This document shows positions 1 to 8,133 of a stretch of 64,000 nt of DNA, piece by piece. The notes beneath the pieces were generated by a model. The model was not told the DNA's origin and made no database searches. It saw nothing but the letters and a program-made list of their open reading frames with translations. The DNA is from Candidatus Sulfopaludibacter sp. Lineage in GTDB: Bacteria; Acidobacteriota; Terriglobia; Bryobacterales; Bryobacteraceae. The stretch lies in the NCBI GenBank assembly GCA_031292755.1, contig JARLGM010000008.1:21602-85601 (forward strand), in the 5' to 3' direction. Position 1 is the first letter of the stretch; the number at the start of each line of letters is the position of its first letter. The position numbers and the translations under genes are program-made.

Positions 1-290
1 TGGGGAATGTGTGGAGCATCGCCGGCGTGTTGCTGATCATGGGCGCAGCGGCGGGCATGGTCAACATCCACATCGGCGCCTGGATCATGCAGCGGATCGA
101 TGTCACGGTGCGCGGGCGAGTGGCTAGCGTGCTCATGCTTGCCTCCTTCGGAATAACCCCCATCTCCCTCGCGGTTGCAGGATTCTTGGTTGCGTGGAGC
201 TTGAAGCTCATGTTTCTGCTTGCTGGAGGGCTCATGGTGTTGACTGCCGCCGGAGCTGCGTTTCAGAAGCCAGTGCGGGAGATTGAGTAA
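1..290 (+). CDS. C-terminal fragment of a multi-pass membrane transporter (MFS-like); 5' end lies outside the window
   Basis: ORF 9..290 stays open to the window edge. The translation is mostly hydrophobic helices (IAGVLLIMGAAAG, LMLASFGITPISLAVAGFLVAW, LMFLLAGGLMVLTAAGAA) separated by a basic loop (VRGR). Confidence 0.55.
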   Translation, partial: GNVWSIAGVLLIMGAAAGMVNIHIGAWIMQRIDVTVRGRVASVLMLASFGITPISLAVAGFLVAWSLKLMFLLAGGLMVLTAAGAAFQKPVREIE

Positions 291-303
291 GCAGCCGGTG
301 CCC

Positions 304-333
304 ACCAGCGGGGAAACACGCGGGCTGGTTTTT
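304..333 (+). terminator. Possible weak intrinsic terminator after the transporter fragment
   Basis: ACCAGC (304-309) can pair with GCTGGT (324-329), and T5 follows (329-333). The stem is short and its interior is imperfect. Confidence 0.3.
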
Positions 334-439
334 GGGTTCACTTCCAATCCAGCGGAACGCCATACCCAAGTGAGCTAGAACCTGCGACAAAGCAGACCGG
401 CGTCCCGGCCCCGGTGAGATACGATGGAGACATCTGTTT

Positions 440-919
440 ATGACTGCATCGCGTCCCGCACTCTCTCAGATCGAAGAGTTTCTGCAACGGAAACGCTTCG
501 CCGCGATCGGTGTATCGCGCAATCCCAAGGACTTCACGCGCGCGCTGTTCGCCGAATTCCGCCGGCGGGGCTACGAGGCGATCCCGGTGAATCCGGCAGT
601 CGCCAGCATCGATGGCGTGCCGTGCGTGGCCCGGGTGCAGGATATCTCGCCGCCCGTGGAAGCCGCGCTTTTGCTCACACCGCCGGAAGTTTCCTCCGAG
701 GTTGCCGACCAGTGCATTCAGGCCGGCGTCCGGCAGGTGTGGATGTACCGGGCAATCGGGGCCGGCGCGGTCAGTCCGCGCGCCGTGGTGGCGTGCGAAT
801 TGAACGGCATTAATGTCATTGCGGGCGAATGCCCCTTCATGTTCCTGCCGCAGACGGGGATGGTCCACCGGATACATGGATTCTGCCGCAAGCTGACGGG
901 CCGTTACCCGCGCGCATAG
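440..919 (+). CDS. CoA-binding domain protein (YccU/YneT-like)
   Basis: 159 aa. Pattern FAAIGVSRNPKDF...GYEAIPVNP...V.DI.PPVEAALLLTPPE...GVRQVWM is typical of single-domain CoA-binding proteins. Confidence 0.7.
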   Translation: MTASRPALSQIEEFLQRKRFAAIGVSRNPKDFTRALFAEFRRRGYEAIPVNPAVASIDGVPCVARVQDISPPVEAALLLTPPEVSSEVADQCIQAGVRQVWMYRAIGAGAVSPRAVVACELNGINVIAGECPFMFLPQTGMVHRIHGFCRKLTGRYPRA

Positions 920-966
920 ATCGCGCCGGCGAGCAGTTCCCGCCCGCCCGTGCATTACCATAGAAG

Positions 967-3378
967 TTGAATCCCGTGAAGACGTCGCCCACCCACTGGC
1001 CGCAGATCTACCTTTGCGTATTCCTCACGATGATGGCGACTCTCCTGCTGGAACTGTCGCTCACGCGCATTTTTTCCGTGGTCTTCTATTACCACATGGC
1101 CTTTCTGGCCATTTCCATTGCATTGTTCGGCCTGGGTCTTGGCGGCGTTTTTTCCTACGTGGTTGCGGGCTGGAAGGGTCCGCTGTTTCGCAAACTGGGC
1201 CGGCTGAGCGCCATCAATTGTTTCCTGGTGGTGGGTGCGCTGGTGACCATCATCCTGCAAAAGAACGAACTCACCAGTTGGAATCTGGCCCTGGTCTACT
1301 TCACCACCGCGCTGCCGTTCTTCGTTTCCGGCGCCATCGTCTCCCTGGCCATTAGCGAGACCATCGAGAATGTCAGCCGCGTTTATTTCTTCGATCTGTT
1401 AGGCGCCGCCGCGGGCTGTCTGCTGCTGATCAAGCTACTGGACCTGTTGGGCGGACCGGGCACCGTGCTGAGCGTCGCAGTGATTTTCGCCGCCGCCGCC
1501 GCCGTGTGGTACAGCATGGCCGATGCCATTCGCGGGCGCGCCGCCTGCGTTACCCTGGCGCTGGTGATGGTGTCCCTCCTCACCGCCAATCAGTATTACC
1601 ACATCATCGACGTGAAGCACGCCAAAGGGCAGACCATCGACGACGTCTACACCCGCTGGAACACCTTCTCGCGCATCGGCGTCCGCGACGTGAAGCCGGA
1701 AGACCGTTACTCCATCGTCATCGATGGCGACGCCTCCACCGCCATCTTTCCCGATAAGAGCTTTCAAAAGGGCAGCGATACTTTCGATTTCGACCACCTC
1801 GCGCCCGATGTTCACCATTACCTGCTGGAGCAGGGACCCGCGCTTCCCTACGTGCTCCGCCCGCGCGCCAAGACCCTGATCATCGGACCCGGCGGAGGTT
1901 GGGACGTGGCCCGCGCCCTGGCATCCGGCAGCCACGATATCACCGGCGTCGAAATCAATCCCATCATCGCCCGGACCGTCATGCAGGAGAAGTTCAAAGA
2001 AGCCAGCCGCGGCCTGTACCTGCGTTCGGATGTCCACATCGAAGTCGAAGACGGCCGCGCCTTCGTGCGCCGCAGTTCCGAGAAATACCAGATCCTCCAG
2101 GCGACACTGGTGGATACTTGGGCCTCCACCGCCGCCGGCGCCTTCGCCCTGTCCGAGAACAACCTGTACACCGTGGACGCTTTCCGCGATTACCTGGAAC
2201 ACCTCACCAGCGATGGCGTGATCGCCATTACCCGCTGGGGCTTCGACCCGCCGCGCGAATCCTTGCGCCTGCTCTCCCTGGCGCGCGAGGCGCTGCGGCA
2301 GGCGGGCGATGACGACGCCTGGCGCAACATCATTGTCGGGCGCGAAGGCAGCACTCGCGGTTGGGGCGCCAAAGACACCGTCCTGATCGCGCGCAATCCG
2401 TTCAGCCAGGAAGATATCGAGCGGGCCAAAGGTCTGTTCGCCGCGGCCGGCATGACAGCCATCTACCTGCCCGGCGTGGACCTGCCCAATCCCTTCTACG
2501 AACTGCTGCACACCGCCAATCCCGAAGAGTTCGAACGCAACTACACTTTCGACATCACACCCGTGACCGACAACCGGCCCTACTTCTTTTACACCGTGCA
2601 GCCGCGCGACCTGCTGGCGTTCGTCAAAACTGCGTCTCACGACCAGGCCGACTACAAAGTCAACAAGGCCGTGCCGCTGCTCTTCAACCTGATGGCGGTC
2701 AGCCTGTTCGCCACGCTCTTGATCCTGCTGGCGCCGCCCCTGGTGCTGGGCACGCGCCTGCCCGCGCACCGCGGCGTGATGGGCTTTCTGCTCTACTTCC
2801 TGTTCATCGGCACAGGCTATATTCTGATCGAGGTGGGGCTCATCCAGAAATTCGTGCTGTTCCTGGGGCATCCGGTTTACGCCCTGGCGGTAGTCATTTT
2901 CTCGTTGCTGATTTCGAGCGGGCTCGGCAGTTTCGCCAGCCGGCGCCTTCTCGGAAAATTCGAAGGCCGCCTCATCAAGGCTTTGGGTTGCGTGGCCCTG
3001 CTGGCAGCCCTGCTGGCGCTGGTGCTTTCCTCGCTGCTCACCTCGCTGGTGGGGCTGCCTCTGCCGCTCAAAATGACCATGACGGTGTTGCTGATCGCGC
3101 CCTTAGGTTTCGTTATGGGCATGCCTTTCCCCACCGGACTGCAACGCCTGGAAGAGTGGCACGCTCCCTCGGTGCGCTGGGCGTGGAGTCTCAATGCGGC
3201 ATCCAGCGTACTCGGTTCCGTCGGCGCCCTGGTGTGCTCCATTTACATGGGGCTGACCCAGACCCTGATCATCGGCGGCGTGTTCTATCTGGCCGCCCTG
3301 GGTGTGGTGGCTCGGGTGCGCATCAATTCGGAAGCCTCGCCCCAACCCGGCGCGGGCCGGGTAGTGCTGGCGAAGTAG
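967..3378 (+). CDS. Polytopic membrane protein with a central spermidine-synthase-like (class I methyltransferase fold) domain
   Basis: 803-aa ORF. Hydrophobic helix bundles at both ends flank a soluble core: LIIGPGGGWDVARAL...ITGVEINPII...EDGRAF...LVDTWAS...LYTVDAF...DGV. The first in-frame start is TTG 967; GTG 976 is an alternative. Confidence 0.8.
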   Translation: MNPVKTSPTHWPQIYLCVFLTMMATLLLELSLTRIFSVVFYYHMAFLAISIALFGLGLGGVFSYVVAGWKGPLFRKLGRLSAINCFLVVGALVTIILQKNELTSWNLALVYFTTALPFFVSGAIVSLAISETIENVSRVYFFDLLGAAAGCLLLIKLLDLLGGPGTVLSVAVIFAAAAAVWYSMADAIRGRAACVTLALVMVSLLTANQYYHIIDVKHAKGQTIDDVYTRWNTFSRIGVRDVKPEDRYSIVIDGDASTAIFPDKSFQKGSDTFDFDHLAPDVHHYLLEQGPALPYVLRPRAKTLIIGPGGGWDVARALASGSHDITGVEINPIIARTVMQEKFKEASRGLYLRSDVHIEVEDGRAFVRRSSEKYQILQATLVDTWASTAAGAFALSENNLYTVDAFRDYLEHLTSDGVIAITRWGFDPPRESLRLLSLAREALRQAGDDDAWRNIIVGREGSTRGWGAKDTVLIARNPFSQEDIERAKGLFAAAGMTAIYLPGVDLPNPFYELLHTANPEEFERNYTFDITPVTDNRPYFFYTVQPRDLLAFVKTASHDQADYKVNKAVPLLFNLMAVSLFATLLILLAPPLVLGTRLPAHRGVMGFLLYFLFIGTGYILIEVGLIQKFVLFLGHPVYALAVVIFSLLISSGLGSFASRRLLGKFEGRLIKALGCVALLAALLALVLSSLLTSLVGLPLPLKMTMTVLLIAPLGFVMGMPFPTGLQRLEEWHAPSVRWAWSLNAASSVLGSVGALVCSIYMGLTQTLIIGGVFYLAALGVVARVRINSEASPQPGAGRVVLAK

Positions 3379-3379
3379 C

Positions 3380-5098
3380 ATGAAGCCACGCCCTTCGCGC
3401 CGCTCCGTTCCGCCCCCGGCGACTGCCATCCCTGTCGCCCCCCACACCGTGCCGTGGCCCATCCTGCTTGCCGCCGCCCTGCTGCTGCTCGCCTGCTTTT
3501 CACCCGCCTTTCAGGATCACGATGCCTGGTGGCAATTGAAAACCGGGCAGTATATCGTGCAGAATCACAAACTGCCGGTGCCCGATCCGTTCGCCTTCAC
3601 CACCTATCTCGGCCAGTCCGCCTACCCCGGCGAAGACGCCACCCGGTACTTCAATCTCACCCACGAATGGCTGGCGCAGGCCTTTATGTACGCGGCCTAC
3701 GCGGCGGGCGGCTTTCCCCTGGTGGTGCTGCTGCGCGCCCTGCTCCTGGCGGCCGCCGCCGGAGTCACCGGCCTCATCGCATTTCGCCGGACCGGCAGTT
3801 TCTACTCCGCTATTGGAGCGGCGCTGCTTTCGGCCACCATCAGCTATCGCTTCGCCTATGACCGGCCGCTGCTGGTCACGTTCCTGTTCGTCGCACTCGT
3901 CATGGCGATGCTGGAGTATCGCCGCTGGCTATGGGCGCTGCCGGTGCTCTTCGTCATCTGGGCCAACTGTCACGGCGGATTCTTCATGGGCTGGGCGGTG
4001 CTGGCGGCGTACTGCGCCGAAGGCCTGGTACGCAGGCGCCCGGACCGGCTTCTGTACGGCGTCACGGCCACTTCGGTGCTGGCGTCGGGGCTGAATCCCA
4101 ACGGCTTCCGGGTGTTCGCCACGCTGCTCTATTACCGCCAGAGCTACATGCAGTCCCTGCTGGCCGAGTGGCGTCCCACGCCTTTGTGGCCGCTCTCGCC
4201 GTTCGTCGCGATCGCCGCCGCGGCCGGTGTGCTGCTAGTGCTCGCCCGCGGCAAGGCGCGCGTGGCGGACTGGCTGCTGTTCGGGGCATTCGCTGTGGCC
4301 GGGCTGTACGCCTTCCGCAATGTCGTCTATATGTCGATCGCCGGGCCGGTGATGATTGCCTCGTATCTGCCCTGGAAACTGAAGCCGCTGGCGGCGAAGT
4401 GGGAGCTGGCCATCGCCGTGATCTTGCTGGCTGCGATTGCGCTGCCCGCGTCGCAGAAGCGGACGTTTCAGTTTTCGGCGTGGGAGGCCACGCGCCCCGC
4501 CGGCGCGGTGAGGTTTCTGCTGGCGCATCACGTCACCGGCCCGCTGTTCAACACCTACGAACAGGGCGGCTACCTGATGTGGTCCCTGTGGCCGCAGCTC
4601 AAGGTATTCGTCGATGGCCGGGCCCTCAATGAGACCGCCTTTCGGGATTATCGCCGCATCGCCTACAGCATCGCGGCACCCGGCGAGAAGAACGCTTTTC
4701 AGTTGCTGGATCAGTACGGCGTCCAGACCATCGTGATGACCGGCTATGAGTATTTCACCGGCAGCCCGCACTTCCTGATTGCGGTAATGGCGGACCCCAA
4801 ACAGGCCGAATGGAAGCTGGTCTACCAGGATGCCCAGGCCATGATTTTCATGCGGCGGCCGCCCGCGGGCGTGCAACCCCTGCCCAACATTGCCGCCCTC
4901 GCGAGCATGCAGGCGCAGTGCGCCGCGCACATCACCCTGGTACCCGGCGAGCCGCTATGCGCCCGCGAAACCTGCAAGCTGTATGAACACCTCGGCAATC
5001 TGGAGCAGGCCCGGGCCTGGATGGCGTACTATCTGGAGCATAAGAAGCAGCCCGATCCGGAAGCCGAAGCCGAATACCAGCGCCTCTCCCGGCGGTAA
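3380..5098 (+). CDS. Multi-pass membrane protein, possibly a GT-C-fold glycosyltransferase-like enzyme, with a soluble C-terminal domain
   Basis: 572-aa ORF whose ATG lies 1 nt after the previous stop (TAG-c-ATG). It has about a dozen hydrophobic helices and an acidic first loop (FQDHDAWWQLKTGQYI). The C-terminus has a TPR-like helix pair (LYEHLGNLEQARAWMAYYLE). The function is inferred only. Confidence 0.6.
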   Translation: MKPRPSRRSVPPPATAIPVAPHTVPWPILLAAALLLLACFSPAFQDHDAWWQLKTGQYIVQNHKLPVPDPFAFTTYLGQSAYPGEDATRYFNLTHEWLAQAFMYAAYAAGGFPLVVLLRALLLAAAAGVTGLIAFRRTGSFYSAIGAALLSATISYRFAYDRPLLVTFLFVALVMAMLEYRRWLWALPVLFVIWANCHGGFFMGWAVLAAYCAEGLVRRRPDRLLYGVTATSVLASGLNPNGFRVFATLLYYRQSYMQSLLAEWRPTPLWPLSPFVAIAAAAGVLLVLARGKARVADWLLFGAFAVAGLYAFRNVVYMSIAGPVMIASYLPWKLKPLAAKWELAIAVILLAAIALPASQKRTFQFSAWEATRPAGAVRFLLAHHVTGPLFNTYEQGGYLMWSLWPQLKVFVDGRALNETAFRDYRRIAYSIAAPGEKNAFQLLDQYGVQTIVMTGYEYFTGSPHFLIAVMADPKQAEWKLVYQDAQAMIFMRRPPAGVQPLPNIAALASMQAQCAAHITLVPGEPLCARETCKLYEHLGNLEQARAWMAYYLEHKKQPDPEAEAEYQRLSRR

Positions 5099-5120
5099 CC
5101 GCCGGAAGCGTTCCGGGCGG
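5099..5120. terminator. GC-rich hairpin between convergent genes, with no U-tract
   Basis: CCGCCGGAA-gcg-TTCCGGGCGG forms a 9-bp stem with one bulged G. It lies directly after the stop at 5098 and before the stop of the minus-strand gene at 5161. Confidence 0.3.
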
Positions 5121-5160
5121 AGCTTCCCAGAACGGGGACGCGTCCTTGACGCGTAGTCCG

Positions 5161-6651
5161 TCAGCGTACCGGCATGGTCACGGAGCCGACCGCGTCGGAA
5201 GCGGTGTCCAGCACTACCACGCGCAATCTTTCCAGGCCATCCACCAGATTCACATCGTTGCTGAAACGAATGCCGTTCTTCAGGATGCCGTCGTATTGCG
5301 CCGGCGTGTACCGCAGGCCCGCAACAATGACCGGCGTTCCCGCTGCGCCCGCGACCGCCGGAACCGCCGACATTCTGATCTTGAGCTGGCCCTCGTACCG
5401 ATCGCCTTTCCGCTCCAGTTTCACGTCCGCCGGGTCCACGCGAACCAGCAAGTGCGCCACGTGGGCATTCGCGCTGTCCCGCGTCAAAGTCGCTCGCAGG
5501 CCAATCTCGGTGGCATCGAACGGCGCAGTGACCGCCTGTTCCACCGCCTGCTGTTGGCCTCTCTCGTCGAGCCGCTCCTCCGGCCAGGCGTAGTAACCCT
5601 CCTTGGTCTGAATGCGCACACCCTTGCGAGCGCACGTCACCCGCACCTTGTGAAACTTCCCGTCCCAGTTCTGCGGCGTGGGGTAGTAGCTGATCCGGTA
5701 GCTGGTGCGAACGTCATTCATCGCCTGGCGGATAGCCACCCGGATATCGCTGCTGCCATTGGTGAGCCCTCCGGTATAGCGCGCGAAGTCCTGCAAAGTC
5801 TCCTCGCTGTTCAACCCCGAGTGCTGCGCTTCCTGTGTCCCCGGCATGGCCGTGCCGGGTGGAATCTGCTGCACCGGGTAGATCGACACGTTGGCCCGGT
5901 CCAACTCCTCGCTCAATTGCCGCAGGTAGGGAGTATAGTCGAACCAGTCCGCCCCGGTCACCGCGGGACTCAGAACGATGGGAATTCCGTGCGTGATCCA
6001 GACAATATTCTTCCGTCCCGGAATGCCCGCCATGCGCGCCGCCAGCCAGCGCAGATTCTGATACGTGAGGTTGATCCTGACATCCACGAACTGGTCGATG
6101 TCCACGGGCCGCACACGGAACACGGCGTGCATCGCCTCGTCCAGCAGCGTCTTGATCTGCCGGGTCCAAGGCGACGGATCCGGCGAGCCGGCCTCTTTCT
6201 CGTTGTCCGGCAGGCCGTGGACCGGGTACAGCCGGCCATCCACGGTCAACAGATAAAGGTAAAGACCGGTACTGGATTCCAGCGGCTGCAGGGCATGAAG
6301 CAGTTCATTCCAGGCCGGACCGCGCGCATCCATGTGCTCGTTCAGCAGGTCGAACAGAATTACGGTGGCCGGTCCGGCGCCGCTGCCCGCGCGATTGAAA
6401 ACCTCGTCCGGCCCCAGCGCCACGGCCGGCTGCAATCTCGCGTCGCGGTGGCTGATGGCATCGATTTGCTGGGGTTTTCCGCTATCGGTCACACGGAAAT
6501 CGCTGCCCTTCAAATCCGCGATCGGGTTCCCCTTGCTGTCCACCGCCACCACATTCAGCGTGACCCGCTTGGGAGCTTCCGCCGCCGGTAAAGCGCAGAC
6601 CATCGCGGCGGCCAGAGCGTAATTGGCAAGACGGAACACCATAGGTTTCAT
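5161..6651 (-). CDS. VWFA-related Acidobacterial-domain protein (TIGR03436-like), secreted
   Basis: Signal peptide MKPMVFRLANYALAAAMVCALPAAEA. Family-typical N-terminus VTLNVVAVDSKGNPIADLKGSDFRV and C-terminus YRISYYPTPQNWDGKFHKVRVTCARKGVRIQTKEGYYA. The ORF extends to 6690; ATG 6651 is chosen because it starts the signal peptide. Confidence 0.8.
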   Translation of the reverse strand: MKPMVFRLANYALAAAMVCALPAAEAPKRVTLNVVAVDSKGNPIADLKGSDFRVTDSGKPQQIDAISHRDARLQPAVALGPDEVFNRAGSGAGPATVILFDLLNEHMDARGPAWNELLHALQPLESSTGLYLYLLTVDGRLYPVHGLPDNEKEAGSPDPSPWTRQIKTLLDEAMHAVFRVRPVDIDQFVDVRINLTYQNLRWLAARMAGIPGRKNIVWITHGIPIVLSPAVTGADWFDYTPYLRQLSEELDRANVSIYPVQQIPPGTAMPGTQEAQHSGLNSEETLQDFARYTGGLTNGSSDIRVAIRQAMNDVRTSYRISYYPTPQNWDGKFHKVRVTCARKGVRIQTKEGYYAWPEERLDERGQQQAVEQAVTAPFDATEIGLRATLTRDSANAHVAHLLVRVDPADVKLERKGDRYEGQLKIRMSAVPAVAGAAGTPVIVAGLRYTPAQYDGILKNGIRFSNDVNLVDGLERLRVVVLDTASDAVGSVTMPVR

Positions 6652-6783
6652 TTCAAATCCCGGCATCCCCGGCGGACATACCCTGTACATAGTATTTCAC
6701 CGGGAAGTTTGTGGTACTGTGCCACCCTGACCGGCGCCGTGCCGAAACAATAATGATACCTTCGAGAGGGAAAGGAGGATTGT

Positions 6784-8133
6784 ACGCGGCGATCGCTGGC
6801 TGTCTGCCTTCTGGCCGTTTCCGCCGCCCTGGCTCAAGATCCGCCGGTATTCGTCACTCTCGACATCGGCGCTCCGCCCGGCTTGCAGACCGGCGACCTC
6901 CGCCTCCTCGACAACAAGCGGCCGGAATCCATCCTCTACCTTCGCCCGAATCCGCAGCCCGCAGCGACCGTCGTGGTCTTCAACCTTTCCTATGCCGGCG
7001 TGAAAAGCATGGAGTGGAACGAGGCCGTGCGCACCCTGCGGCAATTCGAAACCACCGGGTATCTTTATTTCTATGTTCTGACCAACCAGGGCGCCATGCT
7101 CCCGATTCACGGCCTTCCCGAGCGGGATGCCGCACCTGCTTCGGGGAATGCACCCTGGGTGGACCGAAGCCTGCTGCCCTTCGAAACGCCGCTGAGCCGG
7201 GAGAGCCCTCAGGGAAGAAGCGGCATGTCTGACCTGTCCCCCTACCTGGAACTCGCCAGACGCATGGCCGCCTTTCCGGGACGGAAGAGCCTGGTCTGCA
7301 TCGGATGTCTCTTTGCGACGGGCAGCGATTGGGAGCGGGGTCCTTCGCTCCTGTCCGAATTGTCCGATGCGCTGCTGGAAGCTCGCGTGGCAGTCTATCC
7401 GGTGGGTGGCAGACCACCCAACGGCCGGATCGGTGTTGGCAATAACGAGGGCGGAGCCATGCCCGGAGGTCCGTTCGTCGCCCCAGAACAAATCGGCGCG
7501 TTCGCCGATATCACGGGCGGACGGACGTATGCCGCCGGCGAAATCCACGACGGAATCGCCGAGGCCATCCGTGACGGTAAGTCGACCTACCGCATCGCCT
7601 ATCTGCCCCCGGCGCAAAATTGGGACGGCAAGCGGCATAAGATCGCCATCGGCCTTGCGCGCGGCAAGCTGCATCTTCTGGCCCCGCGATGGTATCTCGC
7701 CGGGCGCTTGGAAGACGTGGCGCGGGAGCAGAGACCGCCGATCCCCGACGCCGCCATCGCCAGCCCGTTCGAACAATCCGATCTCGCCGTTTCCGTCTCC
7801 GCGCCGAAGAAAATCGAGAAAGCGTTGCGCATCGAGATTCATGTGGACGCTGCCGGCCTCCTGCTGCTCCGCCGCAACGGCCGCTACGCCGGCAGTGTGG
7901 CCTTGCAGGCCCTCTGTTATACCTCCGCGGAAAGACCCTTGGCCTGCACCGAGCCTATGCTCGTCAAGCTCGACCTGAACCAGCAGGAACATGCGGCCGC
8001 CCTGCGCGGCGGACTGCGCTTTCCGTTGGATATACCGATGGCCGCCACCCCTACCCGAATGCGCGTAGTCGCCTGCGACGAATATACGCGCGCCTGCGGA
8101 ACTGCCACGTTCCCGCTTGGCGAGGAGCGTTGA
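6784..8133 (+). CDS. VWFA-related Acidobacterial-domain protein (TIGR03436-like), secreted; apparent ACG start (first canonical start is TTG 6883)
   Basis: C-terminal motif YRIAYLPPAQNWDGKRHKIAIGLARGKLHLLAPRWYLA. In frame upstream of 6883 the sequence encodes (T)RRSLAVCLLAVSAALAQDPPVFVTLDI, a clear signal peptide plus the family N-terminus. AAGGAGG (6772-6778) lies 5 nt before ACG 6784. Confidence 0.7.
   Translation, partial: TRRSLAVCLLAVSAALAQDPPVFVTLDIGAPPGLQTGDLRLLDNKRPESILYLRPNPQPAATVVVFNLSYAGVKSMEWNEAVRTLRQFETTGYLYFYVLTNQGAMLPIHGLPERDAAPASGNAPWVDRSLLPFETPLSRESPQGRSGMSDLSPYLELARRMAAFPGRKSLVCIGCLFATGSDWERGPSLLSELSDALLEARVAVYPVGGRPPNGRIGVGNNEGGAMPGGPFVAPEQIGAFADITGGRTYAAGEIHDGIAEAIRDGKSTYRIAYLPPAQNWDGKRHKIAIGLARGKLHLLAPRWYLAGRLEDVAREQRPPIPDAAIASPFEQSDLAVSVSAPKKIEKALRIEIHVDAAGLLLLRRNGRYAGSVALQALCYTSAERPLACTEPMLVKLDLNQQEHAAALRGGLRFPLDIPMAATPTRMRVVACDEYTRACGTATFPLGEER

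Noticed and set aside
6780-6782. TTG at 6780 as the start of the second VWFA-related gene (frame of ORF 6711-7232)
   Set aside because: It is only 1 nt from the SD and in the wrong frame. Its translation (YAAIAGCLPSGRFRRPGS) is not signal-peptide-like and does not join the family domain.
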